From: Chiloscyllium plagiosum
Taxonomy: Eukaryota
Assembly (NCBI RefSeq): GCF_004010195.1
Contig: NC_057750.1
Coordinates: forward strand, 11,283,539-11,317,998
DNA length: 34,460 nt
Direction of reading: 5' to 3'
Shown here: positions 20,503 through 34,194 of the stretch, one piece after another
How positions within the stretch are numbered: the first letter of the stretch is position 1
Layout of the letters: the number at the start of each line of letters is the position of its first letter
Made by a program: the position numbers and the translations under genes
The notes under the pieces: model-generated
Databases searched by the model: none
Seen by the model: the letters and a program-made list of their open reading frames with translations, nothing else
What the model was told of the DNA's origin: nothing

Positions 20503-21219
20503 AAACAAGGCGTCTTGTAGGAAGAACTTTTTTTGCGTAGGGTGATAATGACCTGGAACGTGTTGCCTCTGAGAGTGACAGAAGTGAAAATAATTAACAA
20601 TTTCAAAATAGAATGAGGGAATGGGACTAACAGCCCTGAAGAGAGCAGGCAAAGACTTGATATTCTACAAATGGCCACTTTGGCTGTCTCCAAATGTACA
20701 ATGACAACTGTATTATAGCACTTTGCCATTTTAACGTCACCCTGTGACTCTCCCCATCTTTTGGCCTCCTACAGTGTTCAAGTTGGTGACGAGTAAGGCA
20801 GTGCAGTGGTTATGTTAATGAAGCAGTAAACTCAAGACTGGAGTAATAATCCATAGACTCTGAGATTAAAAATCACCATAACAAGATACCTCGGCACCAC
20901 ATTGACAACACCTGTGACGATGCTATGACTTTAAGAGGCGTATTTTGTCCTTTTTTTGTGAAACAAGGATGAGGCAGAGGCATAACACGGTCTGTTCTAA
21001 GCCAAAAAAGTAAACAGCTTATGAGGCCATATGACTTATTAAAAGTTGGAACAATTGAAGCAGCATGAATGGGTGGAGTCAGGTTCCTGCAGAACCAGAA
21101 TTTTAGTTTAACTTTCAGCAGTTGTTGTAGTTTTGAAAATTGCGACATCTCTTTCTCGCTCCTCGTTATGGCTAAAAGCTGGAGTTCACCCTGTTGCCAG
21201 AATTTCATGTTCGTGGTCA

Positions 21220-21832
21220 ATTATGTTTCACAAACTTGATTGAGTTTTTTGAAAAAGTAACAAAGAGGATTGAGGACAGAGTAGTGAATGTGATCTATAT
21301 GGACTTCAGTAAGGCGTTTGACAAGGTTCCCCATGGGATACTGGTGAGCAAGGTTAGATCTCACGGAATACAGGGAGAACTAGCCATTTGGATACAGAAC
21401 TGGCTCAACAGTAGAACACAGAGGGTGGTGGTAGAGGGTTGTTTTTCAGACTGGAGGTCTGTGGAGTGCCACAAGAATTGGCATGGGTCCTCTACTTTTT
21501 GTCATTTATATAAATGATTTGGATATGAGCATAAGAGGTATAGTTAGTAAGTTTGCAGATGACACCAGAATTGGAGGTATAGTGGACAGCGAAGAAGATT
21601 ACCTCAGAATACAGCAGGATCTTGATCAGATGGACCAATGGGTTGAGAAGTAGCAGATGGAGTTTAATTCACATAAATGCAAGGTGCTGCATTTTGGGAA
21701 AGCAAATCTTAGCAGGAATTATATACTTAATGGTAAGGTCCTAGGGAGTATTGCTGAACAAAGAGACCTTGGAGTGCAGGTTTATAGCTCCTTGAAAGTG
21801 GAGTCGCAGGTAGATAGGATAGTGAAGAAGGC
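21220..21832 (+). mobile_element. CR1 RT fragment
   Basis: TNLIEFFEKVT...YMDFSKAFDKVPH...KFADDT...MEFN..KCKVLHFG. Confidence 0.88.
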
Positions 21833-22589
21833 CTCTGAAAGAGACACTATTAAGCAAGGCACACCCTATTTAAATGAACCAAAAGCAACACCATGAAAGA
21901 CAACACCAACACTCACCACTCACTGCCTTCAAATTCAATGATCCTAAAGCCAATCTGGAATTAGAGAATATGAACCTGACAAACCCTCCAATTTGTTATT
22001 ATCCTGAACAAACCCCATCAAAGCATATCATGGAGATCGTCTAGATCCTAACTTCTAACTTATTTAAAGGCAAATCTAAGGCGCTGCATTCCAAATGTGA
22101 TTTGATGGTCAACAACTAAGCTTTAAGCAAAACACACTTTATTCTTACACCACAGTTAAAATACAAACAAAAAAAGAATAACTTTAACACTTTTGAAATA
22201 TTTGACAAAATAATATATTATTTAACTACTACTCTTCAACTGTTCCAATATAGCAGCATCCCATAAACACATCCTTGGCAAAGGCAAATTCAGCAAAACA
22301 AATTTAATCATATTCTATCTCCTCCAGTCCAGGAGAAAGGAAAAGAATGAATGAACCTAGCAGCAGAAACAGAACTCAAGCTTTTTCAGCAGCAGCAGAA
22401 AGAGAGCTTTAAATGGGCTAACAGATTCATAAGAGCACAATAAGACAAAGATTGACACCAAACCAGGGATGATAGGAAGGAAAGCTAAGAGCTAAGTGAA
22501 AATAGTTATGTTTTCATGGAGGTTTAAAGCATGAGAGCTTATACACACAAGTATCTTCAGCATAGAAACTGACATTTTCTGAACTACCA

Positions 22590-22690
22590 TCGGTTCTGAG
22601 GAAGGGTCACTCGACCTGAAACGTTAACTTTGATTTCTCTCCACATGCTGACAGACTTGCTAAGCTTTTCCAGCAATTTCTGTTTTTGTT
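22590..22690 (+). mobile_element. PLE-type short repeat with well-formed minimal hammerhead (22592-22629)
   Basis: GGTT-CTGAGGA-A-GGGTC(ACTC)GACCT-GAAA-CG-TT-AACT: stem I, stem II and the core are all present. Confidence 0.72.
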
Positions 22691-23100
22691 GTGGACAGAA
22701 TGTGTTTTTTTTCTTCTAGCAAACTGACATTGGGGTCGATAAAAAGCAAGGGGCAATTCTCCTGACAGCTTGTGGACCCGCAGCTTTGTTGGTTATTAGG
22801 AGCCTACTGTTTCCTGAAGCACCAGATACAAAAACTTTTTAAGAGTTAACAGAAATTGTTAAGGAGTTTTATGACCCCATGAATCCTCTAAGTGTGAGAC
22901 GTTATTGATTTTTCTCAGCAATTCAAGATCCAGGGGAATCCATATCGGGATTTTTGACTAGGTTAAAATGACTGGCAGAGGCATGTGACTTTGCTTCAAG
23001 CCTTCATGAAATGCTATGAATCCATTTGGTATGTGGAATTAATGATGTAAACATGCAAGTCCACCTACCATCTGAAGCCCAACTGGATTTCAAACAGGCA

Positions 23101-24021
23101 AAAATCGGTGGAGTTGTAGACAGTGAGGAGGATTGTCAGAGGATATAGCAGGATATAGATCAATTGGAGGCATGATCAGAAAAATGGCAGATGGAGTTTA
23201 ATCAAGACAAATGTGAGGTGATGCATTTTGGAAAGTCAAGTACAGGTGGAAATTATACAGTGAATGGCAGAACCCTTAGATGTATTGACATACAGAGGGA
23301 TCCGGATGTGCAGGTCCAATGTTAATTGAAGGTGGCAATGCAGGTTGATAAGGTAGTAAAAAAGGTCTTTGGCATGCTTGCCTGCATTGGATGGGGCATT
23401 GAGTTTAAGGATACATAAGTTATGCTGCAGCTTTATAGAACTTTTGTTTGGCCACATTTGGAAAATTGCGTATAGTTCTGTTCACTGCACTACCAAAAGG
23501 ATGTGATGCTTTGGAGAGGGTACAGAAAAGGTTTACCAGAATGTTGCCTGGTATGGGGGATTTTAGTTATGAAGAAAGCTTGGATAGACTGGGTTTGTTT
23601 TCACTGAAACGCAGGAGGTTGAGGGGCAACCTGATAAAAGTTTAGAAGATTATGAGTGGAATGGACAAAATGGTAAGTATGAGGCTTTTTCCCAGAGTGG
23701 AGGGATCAACTATTAAGGGGACACAGATTCAAGATGTGGGCGGGGGAGGAGTGGGGAGAGTGGATTTTAAGAGATGTGCAGACATGTTTTTCACACAGAG
23801 GATGGTGAGTGCCTGGAACACGTTGCCAGAGGAGGTGGTGGCGGTAGACACACTAGCAGCATTCAAGAAGCACCTGGACAAACACATGAATGGGAAGGGA
23901 ATAGAGGGATATGGATCCTGTAAATGAAGACAATTTTAGTATAGAAGAGCAAAATGTGTCAGCACAAGCTTGGAGGGCTGAAGGGCCTGTTCCTGTGCGG
24001 TATTGTTCTTTGTTCTTAGAT
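23101..24021 (+). mobile_element. 5'-truncated CR1 inserted into Gypsy gag
   Basis: KIGGVVDSEE...WQMEFN...ALERVQKRFTRMLPG; TTGTTCT-type tail near 24003-24017. Host reading KQA|LQLA rejoins across it. Confidence 0.88.
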
Positions 24022-26056
24022 ACTACAACTAGCTTTTTCTTTGGAAAATGAGGCAACTGGAGCATATGAGTTGCAGGGGTATGCAGGGTACAATTCCAAT
24101 TGAAGTGGACACCCTTGCCAGTCCGACTGTGCTTGGGGGACACCACTTGAGTGAAGGAAATTCCATAGCCTCACTCAGGACATATCCTGAACAGAGGGAC
24201 TCTAGGTCAACCTACTGAAAAAAACCCTCAAAACAAAGCCAAGCCTAATAAAATGGTTAATAATTTCTTTAGGATCAGGGCTGGTAAGCCATTGTAGTTT
24301 CTGCCGGTATGCATACTTGAGAAGCAGAAGAGCCCCACTGGGTCTGAATTGAGTAAGAGAACTCATAGGCTGGCATCCTGGAGAGTTCACACCCTGAAAA
24401 TCCCACCTACATCTGGCTTGGAACAGTTACATTGTTTAGCAACATCCAAATCAGAACCAATCAAAACTAAAATCTCACCAAATGATTACTAGGTTTTAAT
24501 GGAGGTTGATACCGGTCAGGCCATATCAGTGATTGCAGGACCAGTCTTTAACAAAATTCACTCTGGACTCCAACCATTTAGTTTGCGTAAGACCTCGGCT
24601 AGACTGAGAACCTATACTGGGGAACCTTTCCAGATTAAGGGTACAACTTTGGTTCTGGTCCGATATAAGAAGCAGCTAGTTCAGTTACCATTGATTGTAG
24701 TACAGAGCTTGGGCCCAAGCCTGATAGGGCAAAACTGTTTAAAATTCATCTTGATTGGTTCAACATTTCTTGATTAAAATGGCTGTATGAGTGAAGTCCT
24801 AATTAAATAGCTGGACGTTTTACAGGAAGGTCGAGGGACTATCAAAGGAGCCAAGGCCACCTTGCATGTTGACCAGGAAGCAATTCCATGATTCTGCAAG
24901 GCCCACTCAGTGCTATTTGCCTTAAGGGCAAAAGTAGAGGCAGAAATCAGGAGGCTGGAAGGCAAAGGAATCATGAATAGAGTCCAGCTTACAAAATGGG
25001 CAGCACTGATCGTACCAATTGTGAAGCCCGACAGGTCGGTCGCCTTTGTTCGGATCTTAAAATGGTAAACTGCCTCCTGCAGCTGGATAAATACCCAATT
25101 TCTCACATCGAGGCCCCATGTACAAAGCTGGCAGGAGGGCTGTCCTTCGCAAAGCTGGACATGAGCCATGCATTCCTGCATATGCCATTGGATGAGGATT
25201 CCCAGAAGTATGGTACAATTAATACCCAGAAGGGTTTGTACAAATACACAAGACTGCCATTTCAATTATCATCAGCCTGTGCCAGTTTTCAAGAGAAAAT
25301 TTTATAAGGTCTACCCCATTTATCTGGATGACATGTAAATATCAGGGAAGACCAATAAAGAGCACTTAAAGAACTTGGACATAGTCCTTAGATGTTTCTC
25401 CCAGGTGGGTGTATGCCTTAGCAGGGAAATGTGTGTGTTCCAGGCACCCCAAGTGACCTACCTAGGCCAATAAGACCTGTTGGAAAATAAAGTGAGGGCA
25501 ATCAAAGATGCCCCAGCTCCAAAGCTGTACCGGAGCTTAGGTCTTTGCTTCAATTGATAAATTATTATGGAAAGTTCATATATGACCTGACCTCTACACT
25601 GGTACTCTTACATCTGCTTTTGACAAAGGAGCAGCCTTGGAAATGGTCTCGTAGCCAAGATGTGGCCTTTAGGGAAGTGAAGAAGCAGCTATCTAAGGTA
25701 TTGCCATACTATGATCCCAAGCTACTTCTGATGCTGATATGTGATACATCCCCATACGATATTGGGGGAGTATTGGCTCACAGATGGACCAATGGAAAGG
25801 AATGCCCAATTGCATGTGTTTTCTGGAATTGGGTTAATGCAGAGCGTAAATAGCCCCAGATAGAGAAGGCAGATTTGGTGGTCATCTTTGGTATGAGACA
25901 GTGCCTCCAATACCTTTATGGGCATAAATTTGCAATAGGAACAGACGGCAAACCCCTGCTTGGGTTACTCGAAGAGGACAAGGCTGTGCCACCCACAACT
26001 TTAGGTCGAATTCAGCAATGGGCTGTCATTCCAAGCGCAATTAGAGGTTGGAACAC

Positions 26057-26267
26057 TGTCAAAAAGTGTGGCACTGGAAAAGCACAGCAGGTCAGACAGC
26101 ATCTAAGGAGCATGAGAGTCAACGTTTCAGGCATAAGCCCTTGGTGAAGAGTTTATGCTCGAAACGTCGATTCTCCTGCTCCTCGGATGCTGCCTGACCT
26201 GTTGTGCTTTTCCAACACCACACTTTTCGACTCTGACTCTCCAACATCTGCAGTCCTCACTTCCTCC
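26057..26267. mobile_element. Fold-back PLE family A-related insertion with 15-bp TSD
   Basis: Inverted arms around ~26143; TAGAGGTTGGAACAC 26042-26056 and TAGAAGTTGGAACAC 26268-26282. Confidence 0.85.
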
Positions 26268-27929
26268 TAGAAGTTGGAACACCGGCTGGGTGGCGAAGTA
26301 GCAAGTGCGGATGCCTTGAGCTACCTCCCGCTGGTAGATACACCACTGGTGCTGCTGCTGCTGGAAGAGTCCATTCTGGTTTTGAACTTTCTGGACACCC
26401 TTTCGGTCACCACTGATAATATCAGACTGTGGAACAAAAAGATCCTGTTCTGGCAAAACTAAAACAATCTATTGTTGATGAGCGAAACAAAACCATCATA
26501 ACCAGAATGGAAACGTTTCGGCACCCGCAAGACCAGATCACCAAAGAGGATGGCATTTTATTATGGGGAGCAAGAGTGATTGTCCAGAATAAAAGTTGCC
26601 ACCTGATACTGGGTGAACTCCACCAGGGTCATCCAGGAGTGTCCAAACTGAAGATGTTGGTATGTGGCCAGAATTGGATACATAGCCGTGTTGTGGGGCA
26701 GTTCCTCCACATTTGTGGGAATGGCCAGGTAAACCCTGGACTCAGGTACATGTTGACTATGTGGACCTTTGATGGGGTCAACATGGTTACTTGTTGTGGA
26801 CGCCTACTCAAAATGGCTGGATGTGCACAGAGTTCATTTGTCAAACATGGGCTGACAATAGAAAATCTGTGAGCATCTTTTGCAATGCATGGGCTCCCTG
26901 AAGTGTTGGTCACAGACAATGGGCCATCATTTACCAGCAGGGACTTTCAGTATTTCCTAAAGTCGAATGGCATTCAACATGTAAGGATGGCTCCATACCA
27001 TCCATGTCCAATGGTCTGGTGGAAAGAACAGTCCAAACTTTGAAGGCAGGTTTAAAGATACAGCCTACAGGTTCACTCGATACCAAAGTTTCCTGGTTCC
27101 TGTATGATTATCGGACCACTCTTCATGCAACAACAGACATGGCTCCAGCAGATTTGCTAATGGACAGAAAACTCTGCACCAGATTAAATTTGATCATCCT
27201 GGACAAGGGTTGGGAGTGGGTGAAACGGCATCAGGAACGCCAATGCCAGACACAAGACTCCTCTAACAAGAAACAGTTTACTTCAGGGAGCAATGTATGG
27301 TGCCAAAACCACAGATATGGCCTGCATGGGGTAAGAAGCATATTTGATGTGAGGTCAGACCCCACGACGTATAAAGTTCGGATAGGTGAGGAGGTCCTGA
27401 ACAAGTACATGGACCACATTAAAGCTGCAAACTTGCAAACATGACAGGAGCAAAATATGGCAGGTCCCTCTGAACAAACAGAAAGGCTGTCAGAACCTGT
27501 GGGTTCTGTCCCTCTGTCTAGCATCGAAGAAACCTTGGAATCTGAGATGGACGTGAGTTGCAGCCTTGACGCCTTTGTTGCTTGAAAAAGAGGATGAATT
27601 TCTTCTGAGACACTCTTGAGTGCAAGAGGCAGGCTACAGTGCAATACATGCCATCCATATCCGAGGCTCAATCGGAGGAACCGGATCTAGTATGAAAATG
27701 GCCCAGGAAAGGCCACAAGACAAAGAACAGGCCTACATCCGTGGACTTAGTTGAGGGGGCCGGGCGGTGGAATGTGTTGATTGTAACAAGGTCAGTCAGG
27801 TGGACCTCACAGAATACCAGTTCCCTGATTGGGGCTGTTAATGCGACTAACAGATATAAACAGGAGTGTCAGAGGTTCTGTTCACTCTGAGAACTGGATC
27901 AGTAGTGAAGGACTCACCATTTTGTGTTG

Positions 27930-30900
27930 GTGGAAGGGGATGGGATCAACCTCTAAACTGCCTGAACCACACAGTCAGTGTGTTATTACTGCTGTTGGGT
28001 TGTCAACTGAGGAGGAGAGTTTTTCTTTTTTCTCTACCCCTTGTTTCAGATAGATTTTTTTTTATTTTTGGTTTTCTTTATTGCTTGTTGTGATTGTTTT
28101 GTTTTCTGGGTTTCTCGCTGTTTATTTCCATTAATTTGAGCTGTGCTCAACTGCATAAGCAGCTACCACCACCGCTACTGCAGCTGCAGCCTGGGCCTCG
28201 TCTACTACTCTGCACTGTTGCTACTGCCTGGGGCCTACCTACACATGGGCCTGTTGCTGTTGTTGCCTGGACCCCCACCGACATCCAGGTTTGCTGCTGC
28301 CTGGGCCCCACCTATACCTGGGCCTGCTTCCACTGCTAGTGCCTAAGCCTGCTTCCACTGCTGCTGCCTGAGCCCCACCTACACCCAGGACTGCTGTTGT
28401 TGCTGCCTGGGCCCCACCTGCACCGCCCGGAGGCCCGCCTCCACCACTGCTGCCTGGGCCCCACCCAGACTTGAGACTGTTGCTGCTGCCTGGGGCCTGC
28501 CTCCTACACTGCTGCCTGGGGCCCAACATTGCACAAGGACTGCTACTCTTGCTGCCTGGGTCCATCTCCACTGTCACCATCTGGGCCTCACTAACATTTG
28601 GGACTGTTGCTGCTGCTGTCTGGGCCTGCCTCCACCGCTGCTGCCTGGGGTTGCCTCACTGCGGTCCTGCCAACATCTGGGATGTTGCTGCTGCTACCAG
28701 GGCCTTCTGTTGCTGGAATCATCACTGCCGCCTGAGACGTATGTGTGAGGGGATCCTCTGAGGCTACACAGCCACAAACCCAAAAATGGCAGGCCCCAGC
28801 TGCACCTATGCTGGGGTAACCGCTGCCCGAGGCTCGACTACTCCAATTCTGGCTGCATCCCTGACCCCCTTCAGGCACTTCACTAAACGCCTGGGGGTTA
28901 AGGCCTATCCCCACCTAAACATGACCATTGAGGCCTGCAGTAAGGCCATGGCTATTGTGTTTGGCCCACTAGCCATTGATGCTGCAGACAAAATGTACAG
29001 GAAGGCTGTATTTTTCCTGAAGACTGAATAAGCAGTCCATCTGGCTGTGGAGAAAGAGCTTACTGTGGGTGGGACATACCTATCCGTCAACCATTTGGAG
29101 GTCATGGCCCAGAGGATTGTGATTTCGAGCTCCTTCTCCCTCACCTTCAGACACTAGGGGAAATCCGATCAGGTGTCCAACCACTCCTGCTCGGTCTGAA
29201 GGACCATGCCCTCAAACATGTGTACTCCTTCAGATGCCAGGTGCTTATTTGTCTGGCCCAAGAGGAGGTCACTGAGGGCTTTTTTACCCTCTTCCACGAG
29301 GGCGCAGCCTACCGCATCTTCTGGACAGTGTGCAGTGCCACCTGTGCCGCAAGGTGGGGCACATATGAAAGAACTGCCCACCCAGAAGGCTGCCCAGCTA
29401 CAGCAGCAGCCATGGATGGTACCATCATACTCACTCCTCCTCCCCCTAGGACAACACCAAAGGCCCTACCAGCAGGGGCTACTAGTGTCTCTGCCTCTGG
29501 CCAGACAACCCTATCCCACCCTTTGAAATCCGACCTTTGCCCTGCCCCACCCCGGCGCAACAATGCCCCTGTGGCCGTGCCAGCGTCGCCCCGGCACAGG
29601 AACCCTGGCCCCCAGCCCCTCGATTCCATGCCCAAACCCTGCCCCATTGTGGCAACCCTTGGGGCATCATGACTGACCCTTGCCTGGTGACACACGCCCT
29701 CGGGATCCCTGAGCCCGAACACTGCCCCACTCCTCTGGGCCGTGGTTCTGGCCTTGTGGAACCTGCTGGTGCTGCAGCCCCCCATCCGGGTCCTGAGCAG
29801 GAAGCTGGGCCCCTGTCCCACCCACCACCACTTGAGCCGGGTGTGCTAGTGTCGGGAGAGGAGTGGGGTCCCGGGCTTCTGTCACCCGATGACCCGACGT
29901 TGGGGCACTCTAAGAAGGGGTGTGCTAAGGAAGTTACCGCCAGTGACCCTGGGGAGGATTTGGACTCGGTGATGTGCACTGGGGGAAGACACGGAGTCCA
30001 TCTCCAGCAAGGTTTTTGAGTCCCAGGTGCCCTCTACTGAGCTCCTCCCCCATCCCCCTTAGGGAACTGCAGGATTTTGTAGAGGAAACTCGCAGTCGCC
30101 GGGATAGAGCCCAACTGGCACTCGACTGCTGGATCTCCTTTGAGCGAGTGTACTGGTCAGTCCAGGCTGCTCGCCAAGCACCTGGACTGGACGCAAATGA
30201 GTGAAAGTGCATTAGAAGCCTCCTCGGTGCACTCCTGGTGAGGGCAAGGTATTTCTGCGTCCTTCCCTTGTCCTCCCAGTAACGGTGTTAATTGTATTGG
30301 TGGTGGTTGCCCAATACTGATGACATAAAGACTATAAGAGCCAGCCTCAACGTCAACAACAGCAGGAATCACAGCGCAGATTCCAGACCTTCTTGGTCCT
30401 TCGGGATGGGAAGTATGTGGCGTACTTCCTGCAAGAAACCCACACTACCCCGGGTGACAAAGCCAACTGGCTCTTGGAGTGGCAAGGGGGATCGACATGA
30501 GTCACCTCACCCGCAGATCTGGCGGGGTGGCTATCTTGTTGGCCCTGCGTTTTCACCGGAGATCTTGGGGGTCAGGGAGCCTGTGCCAGGCCGTTTGCTT
30601 CACCTGACCGAGGCAAGCGAGCTTCTATGGAGAAGTGTCCGCTCATCTCACCTCCATCGATGAGAGCCAGTGCTTCATCCTCGGGGGAGATTTTAACTGC
30701 ATTCTTGAGGACGGGGACCATGGCAGTGGCTGGACTGGTTGGGCATCGGGAAGGAAGTTGGGGGAATTGGACATGTCCTTAGACCTGGTGGACATCTGGC
30801 GGAATGTCCATCCTGACTCCATCACCTTCACTTTCGTGAGGCCTGGGGTCAGAGCATCCAGAATCGACTGCCTGTACGTTTCGCGGGCGTACGCCTCCTG

Positions 30901-33820
30901 CTTTCCGTGGCCTCCATGTGGCAAGTGCCGTGTACAGACCATCACCTGGTGTGGGCAGAACTCCTTCCATTCGGCGCCCAGCTCAGGTTCACATACTGGC
31001 ACTTTAACAACCTGCTGCTGGAGGACGAGCGGTTCTGGGAGTTGTTCCATCGGTTCTGGGCCGGCTGGAGAAGGAAGCGGGCAAGCTTCCCCTCCCTGAC
31101 GTTATGGTGGGACGTGGCAAGGCTCACGTCTGCATTTTCTGTCAGGAGTACGCGAGGGGGTCGACAAAGAGGCAGAAATCCAGGATTGAGGAGTTGGAGA
31201 AGGAGATGCTCGATCTGGAGTCATGTCTCGGTCAGTCTGATGTGGACCTGGCCCTACGGGGGATGTATGAAGTGAATAAGGCCGCACTCAGAGACCTGCA
31301 GCTCATCGGATCCTGGGGCGCGTATGTGAGGTCATGGATCTAGCTCCTCCAGAACCTGGAACATGGCTCCCCTTCTTCTACTCGCTCGAAAAAAGGCAGG
31401 GCACCCGTCAACAGCTCCTTGTGCTGCTGGCTGACAACCGGTCCCTCGTCTCGGATCCGGAGGGTATCAGGGCCCATGTCCGATCCCACTACATGGTTCT
31501 GTTCTCTCCGGATCCATTCAGCGAGGATGCTCGCAGAGTTCTGTGGGAGGAGCTGACCGGTGCCCTCGGCAGGCTCTCGAGGGGCAAGTCCCTGGGGCTG
31601 GTACGGGCTAACTGTGGAGTTCTTCAGGGCGCTCTGGGACGTCCTGGGGAGCGACTACGCACAGGTTCTGGGGGATTGTCTATATGCCGGAGAGCTGCCC
31701 CTTTCTTGGCGCAGGTTGGTCATCATCCTGCTACCAAAGAAGGAGGACCTTCATTCTTTGAAGAACTGGAATCCGGTCTCCCTCCTTGGCACGGATTACA
31801 AAATTTTCGCCAGGATATTGTCTTCTCGCCTGGCTTCTGTGCTGGTCCACATGGTTCACCCAGACCATGGTTCACCTACACAATCTTGGGCCAGGAGATC
31901 CACGGCAACATCCATCTGAATTGGGACCTGATTCATTTCTGTTGATGGGCTGGTCTGACGAACGCCTTCTTGTCTCTTGATCAGGAGAAGGCATTCGACA
32001 GGGCTGATCACGAATATCTGCTCAGGACTCTGCGGGCATTCGGGTTTGGGAAGCAGTTCGTCACCCAGATCTTGCTTTTTTACAGTGCTGCAGAGTGTCT
32101 GGTTAAAGTTAATGGGTCCTTGACAGCGTCCCTTCGCTTTGGGAGAGGAATACAATAAGGCTGCCCCCTGTCCAACCAGCTGTATCCCCTGTGTGTGGAG
32201 CCTTCCTGTGCCTCTTGCAGAGAAGGTTGTCGGGGGTGGTTCTGCATGGCCCCGGCATGGCGGTGGTCCTCTCGACTTACGCCGACGACGTGCTCCTCAC
32301 TTTCACCGACTCGGCTGACCTGGGGAGGATGCACAAGTGCCAGGTAGTGTATTCAGCAGGATCAACTGGGCCAAATGTTCTGGACTACTGGTCGGTCCGT
32401 GGTGGGTGGACTGTTTGCCGCAGGAGTTATGGAGGTTTCAGCTGGAGTACCACCCATATCCTCTATCTGGGGGTCTACCTCAGCCCGGCTGAGGAATCCT
32501 GGCTGGCGAACTGGCAGGAGCTGGAGGCCAAAGTCTCGGCTTGCCTAGACTGCTGGACAGGACTGCTCCGAGTGCTATCTTACAGGAGTCGAGTGCTGGT
32601 CATAAACCAGCTGGTGGCCGCCATGCTGGTACCGGCTGGTCATTTTGGTCCCTCCTCTTGGTTTTGTCGCTGACATCTTGAGAACGTTGGTTCACTTCTG
32701 GGACAAAAAGATGCACTGGGTCATTGCGCAGGTCCTGAGTCTCTCTATTGAGGAGGGCGGTCAGTCGCTGGTGTGCGTCCGCACTCAGGTAGCGATGTTC
32801 CGCCTTCAGACCTTGCAGCGATACCTTTATGTTGAGCCTCCTCCTAGGTGATATGCCCTGGCAATGTATTTTTTCCGCTATGTGCATAACCTTTACTATG
32901 AGACGCAGCTCTTGTTCATCGACCATGACGGTTTGGAGGTCGCTCTCAGGACATTGCCTGTCTTTTACCAGGATCTGGTCACTGTCAGTAGCGGCTGTCG
33001 TCAGGGAGTATTTGGTCAGGAATCCGCACCTCCGCACTTGGGGGTTCGAGTGGCTGTCTGAGGGGAGGGCCATGGTGGCGAGGATGACCAGGGTCGGGGA
33101 TGTGCTGGGTGGTGGGGCCTGGGCTGGATGCTGCCGCACGATATAGCAAAGAAGGCAGTGGTAGACATCCAGTTCGTGGCCACTGCCATTCGACGCGTTG
33201 AAACGGCGGTGCTCAGACCCAATATCGTGCATCAGTTGGAGAATGCTCAAGTGTGCGGTGGAATCCTGTCTGCCATTACCCCTGCCCGGATGGAATTTCA
33301 AGGTCCTGTACTTCCTGTGGGGACCTGTGCCCCACAGCCTGAGCTGCCTCCGAAGTTTTAGTTTTGCCCCTTTTGGGGACATGAAATGGCAGGCCCTTTA
33401 TCGGCTGCTGCTGCACACCATCCACCTCTTCTCCCTCATCCACCGCTCGGACACGCCTTGGCGTGCTCATTTGCCACCGGGTGGTGTGGATCCCCAGTGG
33501 AGGGCTCTCTTTCAGGGATCTGGGGTGGAGGGTGCTGCATGCAACGGTCACCTGCAACCGCAGATTGTGGTGGTTCACGGACTCCCAGCCTAACTGCTTG
33601 TTCTGTGGTGCTGTGGAGTCTGTGGGCCATGTATATGTTGGGTGTGGGCATTTGCACTCACATTTTTTATTTTCTTAAAAACCTTCTCTGTTTTTGGTTG
33701 CACTTCAGTCCCACGCTCCAGATCTTTGGGCACTCAATGCGGAGGGGGGTGGGTAGGTCAGAGAATCTCCTTGTGGGTCTGCTTCTGGGCCAGGCCAAAC
33801 TAGCCATAAACAAGTCCAGA
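27930..33820 (+). mobile_element. Near full-length degenerate Tx1-type (L1 superfamily) non-LTR retrotransposon
   Basis: ORF1 remnant FTKRLGVKAY...TIEAC...DKMYRKAVFFLK. ORF2 motifs SLNVN, FLQETH, LGGDFNC, SRID, KNWNPVSLL, SLDQEKAFDR, YADD (32278-32289), CLFCGAVESVGHVYVGC. Many frameshifts; 5' boundary approximate. Confidence 0.85.
28170..28715 (+). repeat. Degenerate minisatellite-like array (core CTGCTGCTGCCTGGGCC) upstream of Tx1 ORF1
   Basis: Core variants recur roughly every 25-45 bp, more than a dozen times, joined by CCAC-rich linkers. Confidence 0.8.
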
Positions 33821-34190
33821 CATATCTATGCACTCATGATTTTATAAACCTCTGTAAAGTCACCCCTCAACCTTCTACGCTTCAGGTAACAAATGTCCTA
33901 GACTATCCAGCCTCTTCTGATAACTCAAATCCTCTAGCCTTGTAAATCTTTTTACACACTTTTCAGTTTAATAACAGCCTTCCTATAGCTGGGCAACCAG
34001 AATTGTACGCCTTAATAACTGTGACTATACTAATGTCCTGTACAGGCGTTACATGACTTTCCAAACCCTATATTCAGTGCTCTAACCAATGAAGGCAAGT
34101 GTGCCGAACTCTTTCTTCACCAGCCTGTGATGCCACTGTTGAAGAAACTATGTACCTGCATTTCTAGATCTCTCTGTTTGACAACACTCC
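33821..34190 (-). mobile_element. CR1 3' fragment
   Basis: Reverse complement of the CR1 C-terminal region (RRLRGD..EVYKIM; VQFW.P). Confidence 0.8.
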
Positions 34191-34194
34191 TGAG

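Larger units (their letters stand above)
22700..27920 (+). mobile_element. Degenerate Gypsy LTR retrotransposon (gag-PR-RT-RH-INT, probable partial 3' LTR from ~27773)
   Basis: gag-like AILLTACG...LAEACDF; protease MEVDTG (24499); RT YLDD (25321-25332); RNase H CDTSPYDIGGVL; integrase VTDNGPSF and SNGLVERTVQ. Interrupted by a CR1 and a PLE fold-back. Confidence 0.88.

Noticed and set aside
20795..20885. Possible tRNA gene or tRNA-derived SINE head
   Set aside because: Only a vague A-box-like start; no cloverleaf or clear B box can be supported.
28170..28715. CRISPR-like repeat/spacer appearance
   Set aside because: Units are degenerate with related linkers, the context is eukaryotic, and there are no cas genes.
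32600..33382. 260-aa minus-strand ORF and other GC-rich ORFs at 29200-33800
   Set aside because: Shadows or fragments of the decayed Tx1 element.
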